Counted from the first letter of the stretch, positions 46,949 through 61,823 are shown. The stretch is 64,000 bases of DNA from Oculina patagonica (GCF_052425735.1 NC_135765.1:32240001-32304000); one strand, 5' to 3'. Numbers and translations: made by a program. The notes: a model not told the origin generated them from the letters alone.

Positions 46949-49071
46949 GTTTTGCCAAGGAGTTAAATAACTCGTGATAGGAATCAAATTTCTTTTTGTT
47001 TTTGACCTGTCAATTTTTAACTTTTTATAACTTTATTTCTTTTGGATTCCCGGCGATTTTGGCAATTTTATTTGTTTTGGCGACATTTTAATTCAGCGAA
47101 TTTAGCAATTTTTCAAAAAAATCTCCAAATTAAAATGTCGCTTAATACCGATTTTCATGCAATTTTGGAAAATTAACCAAAATTAATAATAAAAAAAAAA
47201 CGCTAAATTGAAATACGGATTTTTCAAAATTAATCGCTAAATTAACGTGTCGCCAAATTTCATGTAATAAGAAAGCTTATCAATGTTCATGCGTGGGGTA
47301 TCAGAATTGTAGGGTAATCGGAAATGTTTCAGGTGATCTTCAGCGATGTTGGCACTTTGGTAAACTTCGAAGTCTTCATAATAATTTTTCATCAGCAGTT
47401 TGCACTCACTGCTGAAGATCATTTGTCTCAGTCTAGGTTTCAGACGCCCTTCATAGCAATATATAAATAGTTGTCAAAATTTTGTAACGGTCATACTTTT
47501 GAAAATGTATGTTGCTTAGCATACGAAACGTCAAGTTAGTAAAATGCGATTTTTCATGCTTATAACCGCTGTTTGTTAAATGTTCTAGTCAAGTTACGAT
47601 GGCCTTCAGGATGGCCTTAAACCAAGGGTCTATATGATACAGTTTGCACTTAATTTTAAAATTTTGTAGGTTGATTTCACTGATTTCACAGTAATCCAGA
47701 TCCGACATGGGCCCTATTTCTCTCGGTCAGAACTGAGAAATAATACACAAATGAAACTACACTGTTGGCTGGCATTGAGTTTATTTCAGTTTCATTTTAG
47801 ATTGAAGTCATTTTTTTCTGAAAACATTTTGCGATATTTCTTGTCCAAAATATGTACATTTGATATCACGACCTTTTTTAGCTAACTTAAAGTTAGTTAC
47901 TTTCCAAGAAATACCTAATATATATTATAATGTTTATCAATATTTACTCTGTCTTTTGTCAAATAAATCGTATTTCTCTTTTTTAAATAGCTTACACTTC
48001 ACATGAATTCCTCTTGAATTCTATACCAGCGTTATATTATTATTTTAACTATTCTTACATATATAACAAATTTTACCAAATATTAGTTATATACGAACCC
48101 CATTAATTATGACAAATACTTAGAAAGTCACTATTTTGTACCGTTCTGTTCCACTGTCTAATTTTTACTTGTTTCACAACTTTTTAAAACGGCACATTAA
48201 AAATAATATAACCAAATGCACAAACATGTCCAAAGCACCAAAAAAACTATGTGCCGTAATGTAGATTAAATGAAAAAAAAAAATGAAAAAGAATAAAATG
48301 AACAACATGGACGTTCACACAATTACAGTATATCCCAAAATACCTTAGAAGTATTTAATCTTATTAAAAAGATAATTACGGTACTGTGCTTTTCTTTATA
48401 TACAGTTACATTAACTTTCCACAAAGAAACAAAGAGATTTCGTAATACTTTCCAAATGTTAGTTTTGAGGACTATAAACTTAGGCATTGTAAAGTTTCAT
48501 TCCCCGAGGAATGCATCTATTCAGTTTGCCAAGTTTAATGCAAACAAATCGATGAATAATATTGACATTATGTACTTAATTTATCTACAAACAAATGTCT
48601 GTTTTTAACATTAAAGGTTTCAATAAAGACAATACACTGCATACAAAAGGCCTCTTTGCCACAAATAAGTCACAAAAATGTCAACAAATGTTTATGCAAT
48701 TATTTGTTTTACATAATATTCTTTTTAAAATTTGTTTGAAGTAAAAGGGATTTCTTTATAATGTGTTGCCCTTGTCAAATTACCCCTTTCAGGGGCAGCT
48801 TAAACTGAATTCGATATTTTTTCCTATTTCTTTGAATAAACTCTCTGAAATTTTATTGTGCAGTTCCAGAAATATCCATACCCACCCCATGGAAGGTCAG
48901 TGGAAATTCTAAGGGGGTGGGGGATCCCAAATGCCAAAAGTTTTAAAGGAATGTATGGGGCATAACTCGAATATTTTCCAAAGGGGTGGGGATTCAAACC
49001 AAAAAACCTTCCATGGGAGGAGTGTGTATATTTTTTAGAACAACACATTATAATATTATTTACTATTATAT

Positions 49072-52000
49072 TTATATGAATGTTGTCTTTTCACTAACAA
49101 TGTCGTCATCGAAATCTGAATCATTGGCTTGGAATGCCTCATCATTATCAAATCCAGGTGTGAACTGTTCCATTTCCAACTGCTCATACGACATGCCTTC
49201 TACACCCTCAAAACCAGTCTCCTCTAAGCTCTCGGGAAGCGGTTTATTTAGAGTCTCTGGCAGAACAAGGCTCAACAACCCGGCAGCAAATGAACACATT
49301 CCAAATATCATCATTGGTAGTGGGCGGGTGTAGATCCCCTGAAAAAAAGTGATCAAAATATTGCAGCTGATGTTTGATCCTACAAAATCAATGTTCTAAA
49401 TTACATAACCTGCATGGCAAGCTCTCTACAAATCAAACATGATGTTGGTTTCTTTTGGATTCTTTTTACTGTAACCATCACAGATAAACATACACTGCCG
49501 TAAAGCAGAAAAGTAAGAAATTAAAGGCAGTTAAACACTAAAAGAATCAAGTTTCTTGATGCACCACTAACTTCTCATAACTAACATTAAAGGAGAAGTT
49601 CACTCCAGAATGGCCATTTATTTTCTTTACGCCATTAAAAAGTTTACCCAAAGATATGTTATTCACCAAAATTTCAGCCTCCAACGTGCGCTTAAACCCT
49701 ACGAAATCTTTCCCAAAACTCGACAACTGAACGCCGCCATCTTGGAGCTGGTAATGCATGCGTGACGTCAAAGAGCTCAGCCGGAAGTTTGGCGGGGACA
49801 TATAAATACTTGAAACTCCTTGTTTCTTCGTAGTGGCTTTTGCTTGTCAAAATGACTGTTTGTGCAGCTCCATTTTTTCTCAAACAGAGCTCCAAAATGT
49901 TCAAAAAACAAGGAGTTTTGACTATAAAAATTTTCCCGCCAAACTTCAAGCTGAGCTCTTTGACGTCACGCATACATTACCAGCTCCAAGATGGCGGCGT
50001 TCAGTTGTCGAGTTTTGGGAAAGATTTCGTAGGGTTATAGCGAACGTTGGACACTAAAATTTTGGTGAATTACATATCTTTGTGTAAACTTTTCATTGGC
50101 GTAAAGAAAATAAATGGCCATTCTGGAGTGAACTTCTCCTTTAAAGGTAAGGAGAATTCATATTCTGAGCTTGCGACTAAAATAAGTACATCAAAGACTG
50201 GTGATTATGCATGGAAGTTTCAAACAAGGTTTCACTTACCAAGAAGACCACAAATGGGGAGCATATGCCCCCTAGTCTTGATGCCATGGAGCACACACCC
50301 ATTCCAACATTTCTACAATTCAAAAGAAGGTTAATTGATTAACATACATGTAAGACCTTATTTAAACAAAAAAATTTTTCTATATAAAAACTTGAGATAA
50401 GATTCCCTGTAATTATTTTCAGATTTAAGCCAAATATAAGCTGCGTGGCTGACTGTTGTTCTGTATACCAGAAAATATTAATAAGCAGGGTCAGCGCTGT
50501 AACATTTTAATTTCAATACAAACTATCAAAAGAAATTTTTAGAATACACGTTTAGAGAACTGCATCTGAAAATTACCTTACTACTGTAGGGAGAAGTTCA
50601 GCCGAATATATATAGATGACAGCAAATGATGCAGAGATTCCAAACTTGCCAATCATAGCAAAGACAGTCGTCAACACTCTGTAGACTGGTTTAGTTCCTA
50701 AAAGACAATAAAAAAAAAAAGTTAAATATTTTACCGTAGTTTATTTTGATTTGTAAACAATGATAATGACAAGGATGACTACAACTATGGCAAATATGAT
50801 GATGATGATGATGAGGAGATTACGCACCTGTTTGAAAAAATAAACAAACCAAGCATGCCGCTCCACCTATCATCATGTAATAGCACAAGCTTCGACGGCG
50901 TCCCACCCTGAAACAAGAAAGTTTTTATTTTTATTTTTTTCTTGTTACAAACAAATTGGTCAAAAGGCAGGATTATGTGGTCTGGTGCAGGGTTAGGGTT
51001 TCTAGGCTAGGGTGCATTGACATATTCCTACTCCTAGAGGGGGAGGGGGAAGGGGGAAGGGGGATGCTTGCTGGAAAATTTGAATTAAAATCTGAAAGGG
51101 GACCAATACAAGCATGGCTCAAGCATTTTTTGACCCATAAAAGAGACCTTTTTTATTCCTGATTGGTCTAGACCATTAACACAAGAGACTTGACAGCTAA
51201 AAATATTGGCATTCTGTCCTAAATACCCTAAGTAAGACCAAATCCTTAATACCGTATACATCCCTTAGAGAGAAGACAATGAGCACCCCCATCACTATGT
51301 GCATCACCCCCCCCCCCCCGACAAGGATCCTACCCAGTTTTCCAGGGACCTACCCAGGGTTTCATTAGACAGAATATGGCAAGTTGTAAAAATGTTGCTT
51401 GTAAAGCTAAAAACATATTTCAAGATTACACTGTAAATCATTAAATGGTCCCTTACCAATTGATTAGACAAACACTTGTTAAGTATGCAGGAACCTCCAT
51501 AAGGCTTGACAAGAAAAAGTTCTTATAAATGTCTCCACCCAAATGCTTGGTGTTGAGTGATAAGCCATAGTAAACTAGTGTGTTAACAAACCTTAAATAA
51601 ATCATAACAGAGAAAAAGGTAATTAGACCTTTATACAGGATGTACCTTTCTCCACCTATAAATTGCTAGAGGCCCCTGAGTTCTTGAGAGATTATTGAAA
51701 GCCCTGTTGAAAACTTACAGTCGTGCCAAGCGAAGCACACCCCCCCCCTCCCACTCTTGAGTACATTAAAAAATTGATTATTTGAAATTTGAATCTGTTA
51801 GTCAACTTCAAGAATGCATAACTGCCAATTAATGTTTGAATCAAAATTAAGTTTCCGATTACAGTCGTCCAATTTGAAACAAAGGGAAGGCGAGAATTTT
51901 AATTTGTCTTACTATTTGTTGCATCTAATAAGCGTAAAAACGTACAGTCTGTGATCAGAAAGTAAATTCTATCCAAACATCAATTGGCGCTATGTGTTCT

Positions 52001-55000
52001 TGGAAATGAACGAGGGATTCAAATTTCAAATAACCAATTCATTAATGTACTCTTGGGGCATGCTTCACTTGGCAGGACTGTAACATTATATCAAAATAAA
52101 ATATTATTTCCTCACAAAATTATTATAAAAAATTATTATAAAACATCATAACACGATCTGGAAGAAATCTGCTGGATGTAATATTTTTGTTTAAAACCTA
52201 AACCTTCTAATACACCACAACTTCTCTGCTAAAAGAAACCACTTCAGAAGAGTTTGATTGGATTCAGGATACTCCAACAAATAACAGCACATCGTGTTTT
52301 GTTTTGATGACATTTAAAGTTAACCCAGCTTGCTTGATCTGTACGTTCCCTAGCAACTTTGTGACAAACTGAAGATTCACTCCCGGGGATTCACTGAATC
52401 ATCCTGTATTCTCTGGCAATTTTGCAGTTGTTCTGAACGGTCTCTACCTCAACAACAACTTTCACTTTGAAGGTTTTGTTGCTTGAAAATGAGTAGCTTC
52501 CAAAACTTGCTTGCAAACATTCGTTTAAACTGTGATTAACTAGAATATCAAAGCCACACATCGGTCCAAGTCTTATTTACACGTGTGTTGTGCAAAGAAT
52601 TGCGTGAACATTTTAGATGGGTTTTGAATTAAACATATGAAGTTTGAAGTTTGAAGTTTGTATAGGCCGCACCCCCATTTTGCAGAAAATTTTTTTGGAA
52701 AAAAAGTGCGGCCTATACACGTGCAAATTAATGGTAAATAACAAATTAATTAATTAACAAAAAAGACTTACCATAAGTAGAACAAAACTATTGTTATTTT
52801 AGCAATCTTCAAATTGGAGAGTAGATCTAAGCAGCCGTATCTGTTTCCAACAACAGACAGTGGGCGGCTAACTTGCAGCAGAATCTTGGGTACAGCTATG
52901 CCATTTTTTCTCGCTATATTAGATAGGATATCTTCTGCTTCGGCCAGACGACCACGTATTATAAGCCATCGAGCTGACTCAGGAACAATTCTGTGATAAA
53001 AAAATGCCTGGTTATAATATTATAATAAATGTAATTTTGGAAGGTTTTAAGCAGTGCCCCAGATAGGAAAGTCTCAATTAAAAAGAAAACAAACAAACAA
53101 ACAGTTAGGGTGCGTTTCTTTGGGAAAACCCAAAATTGGATCATTGATCTCAGATCACATGGATACTTTGCTCCCAAAGAAACAAAGAATCCGAAAACGG
53201 ATTTTTTGCCATGACAACCCCGTAAACACATTTCGCACAGAACATAAAATATCAGTACAAGTTTATTTTTCGTCGAATGTATCCTAGCTAAAATAATTTA
53301 AGCATACAAAATCTTTTACAAAAACCACACGTTGAAGTAGATCTTCTTTAGCGTTAAGCACAATGTGGCGAGAAAGCATCTGAGAGCGAAGAATGATTGC
53401 GAAATGATCAGTGCAAATTTCACTCGTGACAATTTCAGAAGGATACAACTTCGGTAGGCACACAGTGGCTGTTCTAGAAAACATGTATCCCATTTAAAAT
53501 GATACTACATACCTATCTGAAGCTACCGTTTCCTTTTATCGTGAAATATTTTTGTATTTTGATCGAAATAACCGCCTGAAACTTTCCGTATGGCAGTGTT
53601 TACAAAGAGCGAACCTGTATTTTCACAACAAAGACCGCTGGGCCAAGGTACTTTTTTCGAATCCTTTCCCAAAGAAACGCACGGAACATGAATCCTAAAA
53701 ATCCGGATTCAGATATGATCTGATGTATCCACTCGAAGTGTGGATTCTTCAGATCATTGATCCAAGATTAATCCATTTTCGGATATAGGTAAAGAAACGC
53801 AAAATCCGTTTTTGGATCAAGAATCCGGATTTGGATTTTTCCCAAAGAAACGCACCCTTAGTCTCCCATTGGCGCTGCCTGACCCAACACACCTGTCTTT
53901 AAAAATTACCTGTATCTGGAAATTATCTATCGTGGTTTCTGATAGTTATATCCTGACCATTCATTCATATTTTCACATTTGTCAAAAAAAAAAAAATTGG
54001 AAGACATGTTCATCCATACTGGAAAGAACCTGAAACTGACAAGTTGCCATTCCATTTACTAGCAAGCTGGGATCTTTAATAAGATGTTGAACTTTACCTA
54101 ACAATATTACCTAGTAGCTATTAATATACAGCCACCCAACTTATGTTTAAAGGTTAAGAAAATTTACATTCAAATCATTGGGGATTGAAGGGTGATATCG
54201 TAGAACAGATCAAAAACCCCATTCAGTAGACACACTACACCCTCCTCTGGGGAAGTATTAGGGACCTTCAGATCGGAGTACGAGTACAAGATTGAGTACA
54301 AGTGGTAGATTTTAAGCTCGGTGATAAATAGTGAAGAAATTATTCTACTTGACACGAGCGTGGGACAAAGAAAAAATCTAAGTCCCTGACGGGAATCGAA
54401 CCCATGGCATCTCAGATACCGGTATCTGGGATGCCATGGGTTCGATTCCCGTCGGGGACTCAGATTTTTTCTTTGTCCCACGCTCGTGTCATGTAGAAGA
54501 ATTTCTTCACTTATGCTTATGCTTTCGATTATCACATTTCACACCAATCTTGTACCGATAGTCTCCTTTTCAACTGGTCGGCAACAGGGAGGAGTGAGGA
54601 CTCTGGGAACGTAACTGGATTGAAATTCGAAAGTCGTACTCGTATTCTGATCTGATGGTCCCTATTGACAGCAGTAGTTTACACAGCCTGGCATAAAATA
54701 GTATCATTGTTACAGAAGAAGTGATAATTTCAACTCACCTAAAAAATAATATAAAAACACAAAATGGTAAAGATAGCAGAACAGATAACGTCCTCCAATC
54801 ACGAACAAGATATGCTACAATAGGAAGAATCAATAGTCCTGTTGTAAAAAAGCACTGTGCCATTGTACCAGCAAATCCTCTGTACGACGGACCAATGAGC
54901 TCTGTTGCCAACACGAAGGCCGATAATATTTCACCACCGATACAAAATCCAGTCAAAAATCGGAGTAAAGCGTATATTCTGTAGGTTGGCGCAAATGAAC

Positions 55001-56542
55001 TTGCAAAGCCAAATATAACAAGTCCCGTAAATGAAATGTACCAAATCTTTCTCCTTCCATATTTGTCTGCCAATGCTCCTAAAATAAGAGCTCCAAATAG
55101 AGTTCCTGCCATGAGGACTGACTGAACCAAGTCAGCTTTGTAAGCATTTTCACATACAAGATTCCACTGAAAAGGAAAACAAATATGTATATGTTATTAA
55201 TTCATATGTTGATTTGTTGTCTATGCATAATATTCTCCACAAGTGTTACCTCAAGGGGCTGTAAATCAAGAGTGGTGTTATCTCAACTGAGATGAAAGAT
55301 CCCTTAAATTTTAAGGAAGACCCAGAAACATGGTAGAGAAATTATGGTAGAAAAGGAAAGGAATGAGCAACAATATCCAGGAACAAGCCAGACTTTCACT
55401 TATGCACCTATCAATGGTTTGCCTCAGGATAAGGGGGGGGGGGTGCAGGCAACCCCAGGGAATTTGACATTTTCAGGTTTTCACATGTCAACTGCCCCAC
55501 CCTTGGGTCTCCATTGAGAGTCAAGTTCCCACCCTTAGGCAGGCCCTCTTTGCTTTCCAAGATGGGGGCTAAGTTACGTTTTTCTGCTGTGGATATCAAA
55601 ATGCCTACCCCGGTAGAGCTATGCTAAGTCAAATTCCCGCGGGTTGCCCCCCCCCCCCCCAATCCTGGGGCAAAACATTGATAGGTGCATCAAGAATCCT
55701 AGGGAATCTCGAAGGGTGTCTAACTCAGCTGTGCATTTTCTTGCCATATTAACAGTGTATAATGAACTGTTCTGGAGTATATATGAATAAATGACTATTA
55801 AAATTACCCTCATTTTAAACTAAGATTTTTTTACTTCTGCTAATTTATGAAAAAAAATACAGGAATTACATTTTTTCAAAATAATAATAAACTATGCAAT
55901 AAACATTGAAGCTGGCAGAATAGTTTAAATTGCACAGCAGTAATTTGAGGAGAAAATTGACTTTAGCATTGATTAACAAATACACGCTGCGTAGGTACAG
56001 CGGGTGAGAATTTTAGCAAGGCAAAAACATAACTTAGCAACAAGAAATTACATGATAATTTAATGTAAAGGGAAATACATTTAAAATGACCATGAATCCT
56101 AAAGCTGACGGGCAACGACAAGGCCCCCCAAAATACTTTAAATTTAAGACAATCATCAGTTTCTAAAATAGAGAAAAGAAGTCGATATATAAAAGTCAAC
56201 GAAACTAGCCACTTATCGCAACCATGCATAAATTTGGAATTGTAATTTTTTCAGCAAGGTTATTTAAATATTCCCGATAAAAAGAAACAAAATCAGACCT
56301 ACCTCTGAAACGATTGAAGTAAATTTAGAAGTGTACTGTATTTCCAAACAGTGTGATTTATTTTTCGGGCATGTTTCGTTCGAGGAAGAATTCAAACAAA
56401 CCCACTTTGGCTCCGCGCCAACGAACACTTGTAAGAGAAGCTGAAATGCAGCGGGAATGAGCGACAAATTTAGCAACGCATACACTCTCCTCTGATGAGG
56501 TCCAAATTCGCCAATTATCCGTAAAACGTGGTCAAATTCCAT
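49072..56542 (-). CDS. SLC22 family organic cation transporter (MFS), SLC22A15-like, ~520 aa
   Basis: Eight in-frame GT-AG exons: 56542-56303, 55166-54739, 52990-52772, 51591-51457, 50907-50828, 50697-50577, 50312-50240 and 49338-49072. SLC22 motifs present: [66 protein letters not shown]. Confidence 0.95.
49591..50140. mobile_element. Kolobok-like non-autonomous element, ~200-bp TIRs, TTAA TSD
   Basis: TTAA|AGGAGAAGTTCACTCCAGAATGGCCATTTATTTTCTTTACGCC...GGCCATTCTGGAGTGAACTTCTCCT|TTAA. Confidence 0.8.
53108..53857. mobile_element. PIF/Harbinger MITE, TTA TSD
   Basis: TTA|GGGTGCGTTTCTTTGGGAAAA...TTTTCCCAAAGAAACGCACCC|TTA. Confidence 0.85.
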
Positions 56543-59132
56543 CCCTCCTGCTTTAGAGAAATCCTCAGACTATCTGCCTGCCTCCTTTGTGTTCCTGTTG
56601 AAGTTATGATGGAGTGTATTTTCGACGTCCATTTCGAGGCATGTGATTCAAGCGAATTAATTTCCCGGTCGGTTGCGCTTGGCGCCAATTTCTCGCTAAT
56701 TATAGCCTTTCTCTCTCCTGTAGTACTAAGTACAGTTTAACAGCATTATCATGAGGATTCCTTTTCTCCCTTGAGATTCATGTCAATGTATAAAACCTTT
56801 TCATCATTTGCTCATTTGATCTTTTGTTTTACAGGAAGTAAATTTATACATGACGAGGGAGGCGCGAACAGGTGCAAGGCAAAGTAACCAGGCCGTTTTC
56901 TACCAGGCTTGGAAAGTAAGGCACAACAAGAGGGGATCTCCGGGGATCTCTTGCTCATTTTATCCCCCGGCTGGTGGGGTATGATATGAAACAAATCACT
57001 GTCTCTTAACAAAGTGAAATCCCGATTCTTGAACTTCCAAGGGAAAAAAATTGGTCCAAGAAAAGTCTTGTATCGTGTGATGGGAAACAACTATTTGTTT
57101 GAGATATAATGTGACAATGCTAGAAAAGGGGGGAGGTGGGGGGGGGAGGCACGACAGGGTCTAAACCTCCAGCTTTTTGTACCTTTTCCTCCCACTTCCT
57201 GCCCCTTTCCGTAGTTGTTCCCTCTTCCTTGTCCCATTTCTATTGCAAACTACGACAAAATGTTTAGAATTTCTCAATTTCTCCCTGTTCCCTCAAACTC
57301 GGAAATCCCGCTTTCCAATCTCTCTTCTCCTGCCTCCTGTCCCTTTTCTCCAAGCTTCCTGCCCTACTGCCCCACCCCACTAGGGAGACTTAAAGCTGGG
57401 GAGCGAAAGTCGCCAGGGTCCAGTCATAATTTCCAGTCGAGAACCGGCTTTCAAAATTCTAATCACATTTGCATGGGAATTGTCACAATGACTACATTGT
57501 ACTGAATAGGCCATTTCTGAGTTACCCTTTACCTTTGCTTCAAAACAAGTCTATGTGTGAAACCATTCGTATGAAAATAAGTTTGATTTGCATGAAAATA
57601 GACCTGTTGGTGAAACTTCATTTGCATATGAATGGTTTCGCACGTAGACTCGTTTTGAAACAGAGGCAAAAGGTAACTCGGAAATGGCATATACTATTAA
57701 TTCCTTATTAATTAATTCTTTATTCAAAACATTTTGCCATACCCCTTTGTTGATGCTCTTTTATAAGCTATATTTTTGTACTTGAATAAAAAATTTTAGA
57801 ACCACTGTTTGAAAAATGTTAGAAGAGCTAGAAAGGGCCAACATGGCAGCTAGAGAAAACCACAAAAAAATTTACAAGTACTAATTTGCTGAAGGAAAGC
57901 AGTGATTCAAATCCAGAACTTCTATGCCATAACTAGGACACCAGAAATAAGTGGAAATAATGGTTTTGTAACTTGTGGAAAATAACTATGTAATACACCA
58001 ACAAATTGACTGCACACAGTGTATAAACATGAATCAAAATATTTATTAATTTTGCTGATAACTGCTCAAAGAAAGGCTTGTGTAACACCAGCGTAATAAT
58101 CTTATTACTACAATGATTTTTATTAAAATTGATTATCTTTACGCAGAAAGAAAAAAATAACGACAACTATTCTTGTTTCTAGATAGATATATTAGACAGT
58201 ATCAAAAACTACCTAAAAACTACCAGTGAAGAAGTTACAAACACACCCAGTGATTTATCCAGAGCATGAAAAGGAGAGAGTAGTTGAGTGAAGGTCACCC
58301 CTTTCTTACTCGAAAATAGGAAGCACAGTATAGATGGGTCATTTTTTGCTCCAAAGGAGGGGGAGGGCAAAAAATAAACCCTTCAGACCTTATATTTTTC
58401 AGATATAATGGGGGTGAACAGGGGAGGGGTATCAGTTTGCCAAACATGACTTCTCAAACTCATTAATAATTCATCAAGTAAAAACAAAAAAAATCATAAA
58501 CGTGAAGGAGGTTTGGATACCCGGTCTTAATTAGCATAGATTTTTATGATTATATTTCTCCATTTACTCCGAGTTTTTGTTTCAATCGAGAAGATATATC
58601 AAACACTTGAGAAAGTGTTTCAATGGCTATCCAAACACCTCAGACATTGTCAAAAATACTCCATTACGCGTCATATTTTCAACTCTCTTCTTGGTGTTTG
58701 GACATCCCGATGAAACACTGTCTCTCCGGTTTGATATATTACATGACATTTGGTAGAAGCTTGGAAATATTAGATATGGACTTATGAGCTAGATTACAAA
58801 ACACACTTTCTGGAACTGTATTCTTCACGGTCAGGTGCTCAGTTCTGACATTTTAATTATTAAAAGAATTAATTGCTGATCACCATTTAGGTATAGAGTT
58901 ATGACACATCCAGGACATTAAATTATTGTTTTTTTTCCAAATGAAAACAAACTATTTAGACAGGGACTGACTTTTTGTAATCTAACCCAGACCAATAAAA
59001 AAATTGGCTTACTACTACAGGTACTTATTTCCATATCCTTAATTCTTTAAACTACGTTACTACCCAGTACTTGTTCCAACAAAAACAAGAACAATGCTGA
59101 CAAAGTCCAATGTACAATCCATATTTGTATTT

Positions 59133-61534
59133 CTACATGTGCCAGATCATACTGACAGCCTTGCAGATGCCAACATCAGAGTAATTGAAATAACAGAGGC
59201 CAATGAACTGTATGATTGACACTGCGAGCCACAGACCCTTGGCAACTTTTGGCATCGTCGAGCCATGAATGTAGTCAGTAAGTACCTGGCCAACACCCCT
59301 GCAAAATGAAAATATGATGATTGTTTTGTTTATGTCATGGTGTAGTGGTGTACATGTTTGATGCCAGGTTTGAGTACTGACTGAGATCACTGAGTTGCCC
59401 TCTTTAGAAAATCGCTCTATTCTAACACACTGGCAAACTGTTTGGGAAATCTGACAAAATGCTGAGAGGAGGGGGAGGGGGGGGGGGTTAGCATAGTCTC
59501 CTCCACAGCCAGTGTCTGGACACTTCATGCAATGCTCCCTCTCCCACCAATGGCTGCTTAAACCTGAACCACATTCCCTTCTGCAGCCAATCACAGCTTC
59601 CCTTACATAATCCTAAGGAAGTCGTGCCAAAACATGCCAACTTCTGATAATCACAAATCAAAAGCTCCGTCCTACCATGAACCCAATATCTGAAATGTCA
59701 AATGGACATCTGGCACTGCCTTTTGAATTTGATACTCACCAGACGTGGAAATAACACAAAGATTTATTTAAACGAGATGCATTCGAGCAGGGTTAAGCAT
59801 TGCAGGGATGTCGCTAAGGGCAAATTTCACATGAAAACAAAGACTTTGGTAAACTTTTAGAGCTACCAAGGCTAGAAAAGCCAGCTAGGCTCAGCTTAGT
59901 GTTTTCTTAGCTACATCCCTGGCATTTGGTGACGACCCAAATAACGACTGTGAAGGAGACCAAGGGGTAGCCCTGCAATGGACAAACATCCCATTCAGGA
60001 GGAGTAACAATAGAAACTTAATTTTTTGATGGAAATGACTAACCAGTGGTTGTGAAGAGGAATAACAAAAGCTAAAGCCCAGTCTACTGCAGCTGATGGG
60101 TAAATAATTCCTGCAGGAATCAGAGTCAGAAGGGCAACACTGACATAGCGCTCTCCTTTCCAGTGAGTGGACGGTTGAGATGGCGCAAGCTCTGAAAAGC
60201 AAAACACATTATCAACACAAATCACATCTCCAAAAAGTAAAATTACTAAATAAAAATCCACAAAAACAAAATGTTACTTTCTTTGGACTGAAATGTCATA
60301 CATTCCCTTTTTGAAATTTAATTAATTGATTAATTAGTTAAATTGTAGGGCTTGTGAAAAACATGATAGTTTCAGTTTGGTGTGTCCCAGTTTCAGCCTG
60401 CAAGGAGCATAATAAAATTCGCAAGCACCCTTGGTGGAGGGGTGACCCTATTCAGCCGAATGAGGGAATAGCACTAGTTTGCTTGCAGTTAGCTTCACCC
60501 CGGTTTGCTTGTGGTTAGCTTTACCCTGGTTTGCTTGCGATTGGCATTTTTGATGGTAAAGGCAATTCTATATGTTGCCCTAAAATTAGTGCCATTCTGT
60601 CAATCCACCAAATAAGGTCACCCTTGGTGGAGAGAGGCACTGTGAGAATACAGTGTCTTGCAAGGGAACACAACACAGAAACCCTGGCTGGGGCTCAAAC
60701 TCAGATCTCTCTGACTGCCAGTCTGCAGAGTATGGTGGAACTCAATGATTTCTTGTGCGTGCAGAGCCATTTTTAGCCATGTACACCACATGCATTACAT
60801 CCAGAAGTCAGGAACTCACGTGTGCATGGTTGATGAGCTGCGATCAGCTGTTGCATGCAATGCTGCAATTCTGGTGTGCGCAATGAACACTTAGAAAAAG
60901 GCTGACAGCCATATGCTGCAGACTGGTCTATCTGGGTCTAGCAAGCTTATGCCATACCCATACTTACCAACCCCCAGAGTACAAAAATCTGGAGATGTCT
61001 TGAAATCTTTGCATTGTAAGGATACATTTAAGACAATGTATGATTCATACTCTCTGAAAATCAGACCAGGAGATTTGATGAAAAACTTGGAGACTCCTAG
61101 GAAGACCCGGAGAGTTGACAGGTATGCACACCAGCCCCAGGGGTATACAACACCTCTGATTTCTCCCGGGGGCCCCCAATTCTCTCATACTTACCAAGCT
61201 CTGACTTTCGATTTGCTGAAGAATGGACTGCCTTTTTCAGAACCACTGAAAGGAGAAAAAAAAACATTGAAACTGGATTACACAAATTTTATCAAAGCAC
61301 TGGCTAGTTGTCCCCAAAACAAAACAAAAAAATGGCTTACCACTTTGAAATCTTGGAGTGCAAGAAATGGTTGACGACGCAAAAACGGGCCGTCCAAGGG
61401 AACTCACTGCAAAAAGGCACACAAAATAGTCAATTACGAACACAAGTACATTTTCTCTTCCAAAAGAAAGACAGGCTCTGACCTAAACGACCACTGTTTC
61501 TAATGCAAAGACGTGAGTAGAAAATAGCCGCCAT
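59133..61534 (-). CDS. SDHD: Succinate dehydrogenase cytochrome b small subunit (CybS), ~160 aa
   Basis: Exons 61534-61483, 61406-61341, 61245-61195, 60191-60044 and 59298-59133. Basic/Ser-rich mitochondrial presequence, then [26 protein letters not shown] (heme His and quinone-site DY) and [17 protein letters not shown]. Confidence 0.95.
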
Positions 61535-61823
61535 CTTGTTTTTTCTGTCCCAGCTATTCTTACGTGACGCGTGCTGCTTTGCACGCTTCACAGCACCAAA
61601 TGACTTATGGGTAATAGTCAAAAAATAGTCTAATTTTTTTTTACGTAAAAAAATGTAAATTTAATTGATTTACAAAAAGAAAAAAAAAATACAAAAGTAA
61701 TAGTTTAGCCTTTTCAGATTTTTTATTTAGGTTTTTGACATTTTTCTCCCAACGTCTTTTCGGTAAAGAAATATTATTTCTCGAGACTCTATCCCACAAT
61801 ACCTTGTGCGTTAGTATTGCAAG
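61535..61823. promoter_or_regulatory. Bidirectional promoter between SDHD and SDHC
   Basis: 289 bp separate the divergent ATGs. A ZNF143/Staf-like site ATCCCACAATACCTTGTG lies at 61791-61808, with bZIP-like TTACGTGAC and TTACGTAA nearby. Both ATGs lie within CAAGATGGCGGC. Confidence 0.7.

Noticed and set aside
59300-59594. N-terminal part of the 153-aa ORF at 59133-59594
   Set aside because: It is intronic read-through; only 59298-59133 is SDHD exon sequence.
60913-61374. 153-aa plus-strand ORF
   Set aside because: It is antisense to SDHD introns and exons, with no recognisable motif.
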